The notes beneath the pieces were generated by a model. That model did not search any database. It saw only the letters and a program-made list of their open reading frames with translations, and was not told the DNA's origin. A DNA stretch of 41,445 bases, from positions 1-41,445 of IMG/VR virus record IMGVR_UViG_3300024232_000027; one strand, written 5' to 3'. Within the stretch, counting starts at the first letter, position 1; the number at the start of each line of letters is the position of its first letter. The position numbers and the translations under genes are program-made. This document shows, piece after piece, positions 17,621-27,002 of this stretch. This stretch comes from a virus. Lineage: Duplodnaviria; Caudoviricetes.

Positions 17621-18196
17621 ATGATACAAGCATCAGAAACAATTGAAGCTCTTAATAAACGGTTAGTGGATTTCTTTGGTCTAGATACTGAATCTAGTAA
17701 TCCTATCTGGCGAATAGTCTGGTCTACTGAACAAACAGAAATACTATATACAAATTTTACACCAGAGGGATTAGAATTATTGCACCCGCGTGCTATGACT
17801 GTTTTGAAATATCCATTCAATAAAAATAGATGGATACTTGAGCGTTTAGTGCTCGTTCCATCTATGCACACTGAAATGGTAGTAAAAAAGTCATATGAGC
17901 CGATGTGGGTATTCGATGAAGATAAACCACCTAAGTGGGAACCAATTAAACATATGGTGGATATTGTTTATCTTGCATTAGGAAAAGAACCTAGCAAACA
18001 ACCTAAATACAAAGACCCTGATACGATGAGTGGAATGACAAAAGAACAATTCTTAGAAAAAGAAGCCGTACGAGTTAAGCAAATTCAAGACGACCTATTC
18101 GGTAATGAAACAGATACTGGTGATGCACTGGCGCATAAGTCAGGTATCAGTAATCCAGCAGGTGAATGGAAAATTAATCCAAAGAGGATACACTAA
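17621..18196 (+). CDS. Hypothetical protein
   Basis: Long ORF within the operon, TAATG-coupled. Confidence 0.75.
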   Translation: MIQASETIEALNKRLVDFFGLDTESSNPIWRIVWSTEQTEILYTNFTPEGLELLHPRAMTVLKYPFNKNRWILERLVLVPSMHTEMVVKKSYEPMWVFDEDKPPKWEPIKHMVDIVYLALGKEPSKQPKYKDPDTMSGMTKEQFLEKEAVRVKQIQDDLFGNETDTGDALAHKSGISNPAGEWKINPKRIH

Positions 18197-18897
18197 TGGT
18201 TAATATCGGATTTCTGGATATTTGGAAGCGTAATCGTCAAATGCGCGCTCCTAAGAATGAGTTAGATAAGTCTACGGTATTCTCGATTCTACCTAAAGCT
18301 ATTACAGAAACTAAGGTAACTCTGGAACCTGGAGTTTTTAACATTGAAGCAGGATATCCTGACAAACCTTCACGACTTGTCGTCGGCAGTTCTAGCTGGT
18401 GGCGAGAAATTGACCCTACACAACCATTGCTCGAAATACCAGTTTCATCTGTACAGATTGCAGAATCCATTGTCAGGGATTACTCAAACGGGATTGTTAT
18501 GTGTGACATGGGCGAGACACGACCAGGATTATTTTTTATTCCCGGTGATGTTTCTATCGCTGAATTAAAATCTAAGCCTAAGAATCTTGAACTTTTCGAG
18601 CTAGCTGTTAAGCGTCAAGAGAATTGGTTTCGCGCGCTTGTTAAACTAGCCGATTCATTTTGGGCTAGGACTAATGGTAATCCAATGTCAATCTCAGACG
18701 ATTCGAGAATGGCAGCTAAGATGCTTAAAATCGAAGATAGACCGTGGCTAATGGAATACCGTATGGAAGATGTTAAAGTTGCCGCGTGTCCTGCTTGTGG
18801 AACTATTCGTAATAGCGTATTCCCAGTTTGTGCGAATTGCAAGACAGTTATTGATGTTGATAAGTTCAATAAGCTTGGTCTGAAGTTTGCATCATAG
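18196..18897 (+). CDS. Hypothetical protein with a C-terminal zinc ribbon
   Basis: CPACG...CANC. Confidence 0.75.
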   Translation: MVNIGFLDIWKRNRQMRAPKNELDKSTVFSILPKAITETKVTLEPGVFNIEAGYPDKPSRLVVGSSSWWREIDPTQPLLEIPVSSVQIAESIVRDYSNGIVMCDMGETRPGLFFIPGDVSIAELKSKPKNLELFELAVKRQENWFRALVKLADSFWARTNGNPMSISDDSRMAAKMLKIEDRPWLMEYRMEDVKVAACPACGTIRNSVFPVCANCKTVIDVDKFNKLGLKFAS

Positions 18898-18905
18898 GAC
18901 AAACA

Positions 18906-19253
18906 ATGACAGTAGCCGCTAATCGTCAGGTTAATGTTCAGTTATCGGGAAGTGGATTAAATGAAAATAATTCATTTCCTGCTGCTGAAAATGCATCATC
19001 ACCTGGTCAAAGTGAATTTAAAACATTAGCATCAGGTTCAAATACTATTACTGTACCGAGTGGAGCGGTATCATGTACTATCGTTCCACCGGCTGGTAAT
19101 ACTAATTCTATCACTGTTAAGGGGGTAACAGGTGATACTGGTATTAGAATTCATAATACTGACCCTACTAGTATTGGCCTTCATTCGTCTGTTTCGTCGT
19201 TTGTATTAGCTGCTGGCACAACGACAGCAGGCGTATTCCTACATTGGACGTAA
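18906..19253 (+). CDS. Small beta-rich virion protein
   Basis: Ser/Thr/Gly-rich; AGGA RBS. Confidence 0.65.
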   Translation: MTVAANRQVNVQLSGSGLNENNSFPAAENASSPGQSEFKTLASGSNTITVPSGAVSCTIVPPAGNTNSITVKGVTGDTGIRIHNTDPTSIGLHSSVSSFVLAAGTTTAGVFLHWT

Positions 19254-19254
19254 T

Positions 19255-19938
19255 ATGATAGCTAAACAGGTAATGGATGCTTCAGCGGTTCTATTGAATG
19301 ATAAGGCGTTATCTGTTTTTACATATACAGACCAAATTCCATTCTTGAATATTGCATTAGATGAACTTCAAGAGGAATTAGAGCTGAATAATGTTCCAAC
19401 AACTAATAAAACAGCCGCTGTTATCACAATATTAACTGGAATTACTGGTATTGGTGGTGGAGGTGGTAATCCTGACCTTCCACCAAACACAGTTGAGCCT
19501 ATTAATCTATTTGAACGTGTGACTGGTAGCACATATACCTTTATGCAAATGACAAAGGTTGATTTTCTACCAGTTAATCAGGTTCCTACGGCTTTTCTAC
19601 TATTTTGGTCGTGGGAAGGTGATACTATTCATTTCGTTCCTGGTGGCGCGACTGGTTCAGTAGATGTTCAAATACATTACGTTAAGTCAATTTTCAAGGA
19701 TATCGCTACAGAAACAGACCAAATTAATTGGGATAGGGCTAAAACATTCCTAACTTATCGTAACGCGGCTCTATGTGCTGAATTCATTGGTGAGAATTTA
19801 GAGCGTGCGACCGAATTAAATGGATTCGCTGGATTAGCTTTAAATCGCGCACTTGGTATCGCTACTAAGGGTAGGCAATCTATTAGCACTCGTAGGCGTC
19901 CATTCATGTCATCATGGAGAGCTAGGAGAATAGTATGA
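19255..19938 (+). CDS. Head-tail adaptor (tail tubular protein A-like)
   Basis: About 230 aa, helix-beta-helix layout (LNIALDEL, DLPP, VQIHYVK, LTYRNAA); lies before the nozzle. Confidence 0.6.
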   Translation: MIAKQVMDASAVLLNDKALSVFTYTDQIPFLNIALDELQEELELNNVPTTNKTAAVITILTGITGIGGGGGNPDLPPNTVEPINLFERVTGSTYTFMQMTKVDFLPVNQVPTAFLLFWSWEGDTIHFVPGGATGSVDVQIHYVKSIFKDIATETDQINWDRAKTFLTYRNAALCAEFIGENLERATELNGFAGLALNRALGIATKGRQSISTRRRPFMSSWRARRIV

Positions 19939-20129
19939 GTCTAATTGGTCTGCTAGTTGCGTTATTGATTATCTGTATAGTTCTATGGGCCGCGCGTGCT
20001 TTGATGGCTGCATTTAGTATTGAGGACCCTATTAGAACAGTAATTTATGTGATTCTAGTGATTCTCATTCTAGTTTGGCTACTTGGTGTATTAGGATACG
20101 GTGGTCTTGGTTCAATTAGATTGAGGTAA
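19935..20129 (+). CDS. Small two-TM membrane protein
   Basis: Two long hydrophobic segments separated by IEDPIRT. Confidence 0.75.
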   Translation: MSLIGLLVALLIICIVLWAARALMAAFSIEDPIRTVIYVILVILILVWLLGVLGYGGLGSIRLR

Positions 20130-20131
20130 AC

Positions 20132-20326
20132 ATGCCTGCTCATGATGCTAATGGACAAAATATAGATACTGGTAGTGAAGTATATATTCCATGTGTAATT
20201 ACCTCGATTGGTCCTCCTAATATCAGAGGTGTTCAGCAACTTGTATTGAATACTAAATACAAGAATAATAATGGATTAGTTGTAACTATCACAATTCCAT
20301 CCACTGTGGTTATTGCTGGTACTTAA
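20132..20326 (+). CDS. Small hypothetical protein
   Basis: GAGGT RBS; fills the gap exactly. Confidence 0.65.
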   Translation: MPAHDANGQNIDTGSEVYIPCVITSIGPPNIRGVQQLVLNTKYKNNNGLVVTITIPSTVVIAGT

Positions 20327-20328
20327 TA

Positions 20329-21834
20329 ATGCGTGGACATGACCCGATTCTAATTGAAGAATTTAATGGCCTCTGGAAACGAGGTGATGCTGATTCTACG
20401 CCTCCTGACCATTTCTCAGAGGCCATTAATATTGAATTTATTGAATCTGGTTTTCAAACTAGACAAGGAATCGAACCATTTTATAATCCTCAAGACGCAG
20501 GAACACTTGGAATCGTTCGGATGTATACGTTTAATACATCCACTGACGATGGATTAATCACTTTAGATACAAATGGTGACTTCTATCATGTCATTCCAGC
20601 TATTCCATCATCTACATTAATCCTATCTGTTCCAACTTGTGATGATTTTGCAATGGTATATGCTAATGACAGAGCATATATTTCGCCTTTTAACATTGGT
20701 GGTTCAAGCTTTTTCGTATATGTATACAATGGTGATGGAACACCAGCTAGAAAAATTGGCGGCGTTCCTCCTGTTGACGCTGATGGCGCTCTTGCTGCTG
20801 CTAATTCTGCTACCACTGGCACTGTTGAGGCTGGTATACATATTTTTGGTGTCGTTTATGAAACGGATTCAGGTTTTCTTACACAAATTGGGCCTGATAC
20901 GCTTCCAACAGTCACAGCGCCCGGTAATAAAAAGGTAGATTTATCAAATATTCCAGTTTCACCTAGTGGATTCGTTGTTGCGCGTCACATTGTGGCTAGT
21001 AAAGCTATTGACCCGACTCTTTATACAGGAAATACACGCGGTTACGAATTATTCTTCGTGCCGGGTGGAGATATTAACGATAATACGACTACGACTCTCA
21101 CAGTTGACTTTTTTGACTCAGAATTACTCGATTCTGCTGCATATTTACTAGAAATCGCCTCACAAGTGCTAAATGGCAACAATTTAGCATGGTATCATAA
21201 CCGAATGGTCGTAATTGGTGCGCCGGGTGATTCGTGTATCATGAAATTTTCTCAACCGGGAGAATACGAAACATTTAATGAGGTAGATGGGATTCTATCA
21301 GTTCAAAACGATGGACTAGGACTAACAAATGGCATCGAGTATCGAGATGTTTTCTACGCTTTTAAAATCAATGAAACTTTTGCTGCTACTGATAATGGCG
21401 ACGTTCCTAGTTCCTGGCCCCTTATCACAATTGATGAAGGATTAGGTGCTGGATTACATGGTGTAATGTTTCTCGATACACGACAAGGTGCTAGTGTTGA
21501 ATTCGTAATGGTTCATAATTATGCTGGTATTTATCAGTTTAATGGATTATTTCAGAAACCAGATTTTTCGTATAAAATTCGCGACCTTTGGTTATCATAC
21601 ACCAATATCGATAATGGTCAGGAAGTAGCGCGCAAGTGTGAGTTCTACAATGACGCGATTAGGCAACGTCTATTCATTAACATTCCATCACAAAATACGA
21701 TTCTATTCGGTGATTATGCTAATGGTCTAACTCCTGAAAAGATTAGATGGGCGAAATGGACGTATAACACTGAGCCTACTACAATTACTATTCTAGGTAG
21801 AGAAGCTAACCTTCTCATTGGGAGTATTGGCTAA
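20329..21834 (+). CDS. Tail nozzle/stabilisation protein (P22 gp10-like beta-propeller), N-terminal part
   Basis: EFNGLW, NIEF..GFQTRQG, WYHNRMVV, FSQPGEYETF, GIYQFNG, YKIRDLW; appears to lack the usual C-terminal domain. Confidence 0.65.
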   Translation: MRGHDPILIEEFNGLWKRGDADSTPPDHFSEAINIEFIESGFQTRQGIEPFYNPQDAGTLGIVRMYTFNTSTDDGLITLDTNGDFYHVIPAIPSSTLILSVPTCDDFAMVYANDRAYISPFNIGGSSFFVYVYNGDGTPARKIGGVPPVDADGALAAANSATTGTVEAGIHIFGVVYETDSGFLTQIGPDTLPTVTAPGNKKVDLSNIPVSPSGFVVARHIVASKAIDPTLYTGNTRGYELFFVPGGDINDNTTTTLTVDFFDSELLDSAAYLLEIASQVLNGNNLAWYHNRMVVIGAPGDSCIMKFSQPGEYETFNEVDGILSVQNDGLGLTNGIEYRDVFYAFKINETFAATDNGDVPSSWPLITIDEGLGAGLHGVMFLDTRQGASVEFVMVHNYAGIYQFNGLFQKPDFSYKIRDLWLSYTNIDNGQEVARKCEFYNDAIRQRLFINIPSQNTILFGDYANGLTPEKIRWAKWTYNTEPTTITILGREANLLIGSIG

Positions 21835-23291
21835 TGCCGATTCCCTCAAATATAAGTTTTGCAACCGCAACTGACATTGGTTCTACATTTCCCTATAGCA
21901 CTAGCCAACAAATTGATGATAGTGGTACGTATTACACTGTATATTATAAAATTACTGGTTCTGGCAGTAAATATCTTTCATTTTTCTTCTTCGGTAGTTT
22001 AACTGATTATATTGCAGAATTTACAGTTTATGAATCAGACCAAACAACAGTTTATTTAGGCTTTACAGCTATTGATAATTTACCATTTACTATTCCAGTT
22101 CCTAATGGTAATACATATTATATTAAAATTGTTCCTACTGGAACATTAGCATTATCTCCTGCTACTTTAACGGTTAGTGTTGAAGCTGCACCAACGACAA
22201 CTGTTGTTATAGGTAATATTTTAATTCCCGATGACACAGCAGAATTTCCTCTTGCCGTTGTAGATGAGATAAGTGGTCTACCAATTAGATATGTATTAAA
22301 TTTTCCATCAGGTGAATATGGTTGTACTACCAGTAGTGGTTATACTGGTATGGCAAATCAAGCTGATGATGAGTTTTGGATTTATGATAGTGCATTTGCA
22401 TTAGTAATCGCTGTAGATGCATGGCCCGGTGAAGGTGCCGCGCAAGTCGGTCAAGGGTGGGTAGGTTCTAACCATGTAGATAAGTTCTATTTTGCTACAT
22501 GGGACGATGGTACTGGTGATACGGCTGTAAAGCAAATTAATACTGCTGGAACTGTATTAGCTACTTTTGGGCCGTTGTTTGGAGGTGGTGGAGATTCTAC
22601 TGGCTATTTCGGTATGGATGCGAGCCATGATGATACTATTCTTTATTATACAGGTAGAGGTGGAACAAATGGACCTGTGAGACGGTTTGATTTGGTTAAT
22701 AATCTTCCACTATCTAATCTTGTTGCAGCAGTTGCAACTTACTCTACTGTTGATATTAAAACATTATCAGATGGAACTATTCTGGTAATGTACTATAAAG
22801 GTAATGATGTTCTTGTTAAACAGTATAGTGCGGCTGGTGCAGTTCTAAATACTTATACTTTTACTGGTGTAAATACTTCTGCTTCGCCACCTCGATTAGA
22901 TATTGGTGCTGATGACCCAATTTCATTTTGGGGATTCTTTAAAGATAATGTTCATACTAACTATCAACAAGTTAAAATATCCGATGGTAGTATTTTAACC
23001 AATTTAAGTCCAGTTTCTTATGAGGGTGGTTTATACGCGGGAACTGTTACAGCTACTCCATTAAATCGATTTGGCGCGTCCGGTTCATGTCCGATAATGA
23101 TTTTTAATTTGCCTTCAACCGTCACTGAAGGCGGATTATATATTCAAACTACACAGTTACCATTGTCGTCAGGTGGAGTTAATCCTACTACACCTGCACG
23201 AACGAATGATGAATTATTTACTGGGCTAGATACTACTGCTGAAACAGCTATTCCGCAACCACAAGTTATTATCTACCCGGCAGGTGATTAA
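21834..23291 (+). CDS. Tail-associated beta-rich protein (beta-sandwich plus propeller-like); possible receptor-binding protein
   Basis: Repeat VKQINTAGTVLATF / VKQYSAAGAVLNTY; TAATG overlaps at both ends. Confidence 0.55.
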   Translation: MPIPSNISFATATDIGSTFPYSTSQQIDDSGTYYTVYYKITGSGSKYLSFFFFGSLTDYIAEFTVYESDQTTVYLGFTAIDNLPFTIPVPNGNTYYIKIVPTGTLALSPATLTVSVEAAPTTTVVIGNILIPDDTAEFPLAVVDEISGLPIRYVLNFPSGEYGCTTSSGYTGMANQADDEFWIYDSAFALVIAVDAWPGEGAAQVGQGWVGSNHVDKFYFATWDDGTGDTAVKQINTAGTVLATFGPLFGGGGDSTGYFGMDASHDDTILYYTGRGGTNGPVRRFDLVNNLPLSNLVAAVATYSTVDIKTLSDGTILVMYYKGNDVLVKQYSAAGAVLNTYTFTGVNTSASPPRLDIGADDPISFWGFFKDNVHTNYQQVKISDGSILTNLSPVSYEGGLYAGTVTATPLNRFGASGSCPIMIFNLPSTVTEGGLYIQTTQLPLSSGGVNPTTPARTNDELFTGLDTTAETAIPQPQVIIYPAGD

Positions 23292-23593
23292 TGCCAGTTA
23301 ATTCCCAAATAGGTAGTAGAAGTGAAGAAATAGTTCATTTCGCTGGTGTAAGATTGCGCGTTACTGGTTCGGGTAATCTTGATTTACAATTTCTATCATT
23401 GGATAGTGTCGATACTCAGACTCTTGCAGCTATTCCAATGAGTTCTACGAACGCGCGAGAACCGACTCGCCTAGCTAATTTCATCAGTCAGAGAGGACAG
23501 TTGAAAATTAGCACGAATGTGATTGATGAAACATTTAAAATCAATCGAATCATTCTATTTGTTAAACCTATTTGGTCACAATATCCAGGCTAA
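23291..23593 (+). CDS. Probable detached C-terminal beta-sandwich of the nozzle
   Basis: HFAGVRLRVTGSG...RGQLKIST..FKINRIILFVKP resembles gp10-like C-termini. Confidence 0.45.
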   Translation: MPVNSQIGSRSEEIVHFAGVRLRVTGSGNLDLQFLSLDSVDTQTLAAIPMSSTNAREPTRLANFISQRGQLKISTNVIDETFKINRIILFVKPIWSQYPG

Positions 23594-24162
23594 TGGCTAT
23601 CAACGAATTAAAAGTTGGCGCGAATTTAACCCGGCTAGAGAGTACCCTTTTAAGGTCATCTCTACAGAATCGTGACCCTGCACTTTATCAGGTTATACTT
23701 AATCTGATTAGAAACGCGCAATCACAGATTAATACTGTTCAGGGTAATGCATCTGAAATTGACATTCTAATTAGTTCTGGTGGAGCTGGAATCAACGAGT
23801 TAACTGGTGATGTTACCGCAGGACCGGGAACGGGGTCACAAGTTGCCACTATTGCAAATAATGCTGTTACCAACCCAAAATTACGTGATTCTAATGCGCT
23901 ATCGGTTATTGGCCGAAGTGCTAATTCTACTGGAGACCCTGCTGATATTTCTGCTGTAGCTGCATCAGCATCAGTTTTAAGAGAATCTGGGTCTGTATTA
24001 GGATTTGGTGCTATTGCTACAGGTGGAATCACCGATGCCGCGGTTACATACGCTAAAATTCAGGATGTTACAGCTACTCAAAGACTGTTAGGGCGAAATA
24101 GTGCTGGTTCAGGAGATGTAGAAGAAGTAACCATTTCACAAGCATTGGACTGGTTAACCTAA
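23593..24162 (+). CDS. Tail fibre, proximal part
   Basis: LTGDVTA, IANNAVTNPKL, ITDAAVTYAKIQ and LLGR fibre repeats; start at the TAATG overlap. Confidence 0.7.
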   Translation: MAINELKVGANLTRLESTLLRSSLQNRDPALYQVILNLIRNAQSQINTVQGNASEIDILISSGGAGINELTGDVTAGPGTGSQVATIANNAVTNPKLRDSNALSVIGRSANSTGDPADISAVAASASVLRESGSVLGFGAIATGGITDAAVTYAKIQDVTATQRLLGRNSAGSGDVEEVTISQALDWLT

Positions 24163-25028
24163 TGGCTATTGGCGATATTATTTATCGTGATTCTTCCCTG
24201 TGGAAGCGATTAGCTGCTAATAACACTGGTACGAATAAATTTCTACGTTCACTTAGTTCTGGTGCGCCTAGTTGGGAACTTCTAGTAGCAGGTGATATTC
24301 CGGTTACTTCTGTTGTAGCAACTACGACTAGTACAGGTTCTGTAAATAATTATAATCCAGGTGCTCTCACCAATTTAGTTCGTTGTAATAATGCAACAAC
24401 TCTAACTTTTTCTGGAATAACGGCTGGATACGATGGTCAAACGATGACATTTGTATCCATTGGTGCAGGACGGGTAATATTTAATAATTTAGATGGTAGT
24501 TCCAGTGCAGCTAATCAACTTGTTTTACCCGTAACTGGCTCAAATTTAACTTTATTGGCTCCCGGATTAGGATTCGCTACATTTCAATACGATGCAACTA
24601 GTCAAAAATGGCGATTAATTCACCATGAGCAAGGAGCATCAATTACGCTTACTCCATTTTGGAGAGGCTCTGTCACTGACCCTGTTCTTAATAACGGGAC
24701 AATGGCAACATATTACTATCTTAGAGGTTGTAAGATACAGTATGTATTCACCCTCAATATGGGTTCTACTACAACATTTGGAAGCGGATTTTGGCAATTT
24801 CCTCTATCCGCATCAATTATTGCAGCGGCTACTCCAGTTTGTACAATGTTCTGTTACGATAATAGTTCTGGTACTCCTGGTCAACAAGCGATTGGAACAT
24901 ATTCTTCTGCTGCGGCTACTGGTATAATAGGTTTTGATAATACAGGTAATAATATCGATGCAACACATCCTTTCACATGGGCTGTGAATGACATTCTCCG
25001 TTTTAGTGTAGAAATTGATGTTTCGTAA
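24162..25028 (+). CDS. Tail fibre, distal receptor-binding part
   Basis: GDIIYR..WKRLAA..KFLRS..PSW repeat, GITAGYDGQ domain, GSTTTFGSGFWQFPL tip. Confidence 0.7.
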   Translation: MAIGDIIYRDSSLWKRLAANNTGTNKFLRSLSSGAPSWELLVAGDIPVTSVVATTTSTGSVNNYNPGALTNLVRCNNATTLTFSGITAGYDGQTMTFVSIGAGRVIFNNLDGSSSAANQLVLPVTGSNLTLLAPGLGFATFQYDATSQKWRLIHHEQGASITLTPFWRGSVTDPVLNNGTMATYYYLRGCKIQYVFTLNMGSTTTFGSGFWQFPLSASIIAAATPVCTMFCYDNSSGTPGQQAIGTYSSAAATGIIGFDNTGNNIDATHPFTWAVNDILRFSVEIDVS

Positions 25029-25030
25029 AA

Positions 25031-25474
25031 ATGGATGATTTGAATTTTCTTAATACCACGGAAATAGTTGCGTTAACTCTAAAAGGTGAAGCAGAAAATC
25101 AGCCGATTAATGGTATCATCGCAGTTGGATGTGTTATTCGGAATAGACATAGTAAAAATCCTAATCATTATAAGAATTTGAGAGATGTTTGTTTAGAACC
25201 GAAACAGTTTAGTTGCTGGAATGAATTTACAGATAGTCGGGAGAAACTATTAGAAACAGCGGATTTAATGCTCAAAAATTATAGACAATTTGATTCATAT
25301 TTTCGTCAGTGTTTATGGGTCGCGCAAGGCATAGTGGAAGGTAATATTCGAGATACTATGCATGGTAGAACGTATTACATGACTCGTGATTATTTTGATA
25401 ATCATCGGCCTGATTGGGCTAAAAACGCTAAGAATGATATACAAATTGGCGACCACGTATTCTTTGATGTATGA
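25031..25474 (+). CDS. Cell wall hydrolase (SleB/Hydrolase_2 lytic transglycosylase); candidate endolysin
   Basis: ALTLKGEA.NQ...G.IAVG.VIRNR, QFSCWN, PDWA, IGDHVFF. Confidence 0.88.
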   Translation: MDDLNFLNTTEIVALTLKGEAENQPINGIIAVGCVIRNRHSKNPNHYKNLRDVCLEPKQFSCWNEFTDSREKLLETADLMLKNYRQFDSYFRQCLWVAQGIVEGNIRDTMHGRTYYMTRDYFDNHRPDWAKNAKNDIQIGDHVFFDV

Positions 25475-25851
25475 TTCGTAACGTAACAGAAGAAGATTTA
25501 AAAGAATTAAAGGTAATACATGAGCGTTTCTTTGCTGAAGAATTTCGGTTTGATGACTTCTTGTTGGGCAGCATGTCTAATTTTGTGGTTACTGATTCTG
25601 TCAGTAATAAAATTCTAACTGGAGCTAGTATTCGTCCGATTGCGGAAGTTGTTGCAATAACAGATTTAGATGCACCTGTTAGACAGAGAGTAAACGCGCT
25701 ATACGATATTCTTCAAGTTTCAAATTTCGTATTGCGCGGCACAGAAATGTATCAATTACACGCGTTTGTTCAAGACGAGATTTGGGAAAAACAGTTAATA
25801 AAGGCTGGTTTTAAACGAACTATCGGAAATGCTCTCTATATCAATATCTGA
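25471..25851 (+). CDS. GNAT-like protein preceding the ejection genes
   Basis: MIRNVTEEDL start and LIKAGFKR end; position typical of podoviruses. Confidence 0.55.
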   Translation: MIRNVTEEDLKELKVIHERFFAEEFRFDDFLLGSMSNFVVTDSVSNKILTGASIRPIAEVVAITDLDAPVRQRVNALYDILQVSNFVLRGTEMYQLHAFVQDEIWEKQLIKAGFKRTIGNALYINI

Positions 25852-25857
25852 GGAAAT

Positions 25858-27000
25858 ATGGCTAAAGGGGACCGTTCACGAGTACAAAACCAGATAGATT
25901 ATTCTACTGGTAATTCCCAAAATAATCTGAATAATCTTCGCACTAATTGGGAAGGTTATCGTGGGCCTATGCAGAATTTCTATATGCAAACGGCTCCCGG
26001 TCAGATTCAGGACTATAATAATATAATGAAAAATTATAGTACCTTTGCGAATCCCAATGCTGGTGCGACTCAGCGAGGCGATACATCTAGTTTTGGTAAT
26101 CTTAGTGACCCTAATGCTTGGATGTCAATGGTTAGTAATCCTCAACAATTACAATCATGGCTAAAAGCTGCTTATCCTCAGTTAGACCAGAAAGGTCTAG
26201 ATTATTACACTCAACATATTCAGGAAAAACCTGGTGCTGATACTAATGAACAGGCTGGTTCCGCTGAATATTGGTTGAATCGTGTTCCTGAATGGTTTGG
26301 CGACCATTCTAATGACCCATTCTATAATGCAATTACTAAGTCATTAGGTGGATATGGTAATTTTGCTGAAACAGGTGGATTTAGTCCACAGGATGTTCAA
26401 GATATTCGTGCGCGAATGATTTCACCGATTAGAAGTATCTATGCAGGTGCTAATCGCGCGGTTGACACTCAACGCAGATTGCAACATGGCTATTCACCTA
26501 ATTACACAGCGGCTAAAGCTAAAATGGCGCGCGAACAGTCATACGCGACTAGTGATGCTACTACTAATGCTAATGCTGCAATCGCGCAAATGCTTCAATC
26601 AGGTAAATTAGCAGGACTAGGTGGATTAGCTCAAACTGGTGCAGCCGCGCGTGGTCAGAATTTATCTGCTCTAGGTGGTGCTACTAATCTTTATAATGCA
26701 TCACCAGGACAAGTTCAAACCTTTGGTAATCAGGTTCTACAAACTGGTAATCAAGGTATTGATATGCAAAGATTGCAACAGGCTATTGACCAAATGAGAT
26801 TATCTGGAACCATTGACCTTAGTAAAGTTCCAAGTGATACGGCTCAAACATTAGGATACATTGGTGATTTCATGGGCCTAATTGGTCAGGGTGCTAATGC
26901 TCTCAGTGGTTCTGGTTTAATGGATTTTCTAAATAAGAAACCAGTATTACCATCTAGACCTACTGTTCCTAATACCGGATTTTTACCGGCAGGGAGCTAA
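25858..27000 (+). CDS. Putative DNA ejection (internal virion) protein 1
   Basis: Gln/Asn/Gly/Ala-rich helical protein after the GNAT-like gene. Confidence 0.6.
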   Translation: MAKGDRSRVQNQIDYSTGNSQNNLNNLRTNWEGYRGPMQNFYMQTAPGQIQDYNNIMKNYSTFANPNAGATQRGDTSSFGNLSDPNAWMSMVSNPQQLQSWLKAAYPQLDQKGLDYYTQHIQEKPGADTNEQAGSAEYWLNRVPEWFGDHSNDPFYNAITKSLGGYGNFAETGGFSPQDVQDIRARMISPIRSIYAGANRAVDTQRRLQHGYSPNYTAAKAKMAREQSYATSDATTNANAAIAQMLQSGKLAGLGGLAQTGAAARGQNLSALGGATNLYNASPGQVQTFGNQVLQTGNQGIDMQRLQQAIDQMRLSGTIDLSKVPSDTAQTLGYIGDFMGLIGQGANALSGSGLMDFLNKKPVLPSRPTVPNTGFLPAGS

Positions 27001-27002
27001 CA

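Noticed and set aside
21834-25028. Diversity-generating retroelement acting on tail genes
   Set aside because: No reverse transcriptase and no template/variable repeat pair seen
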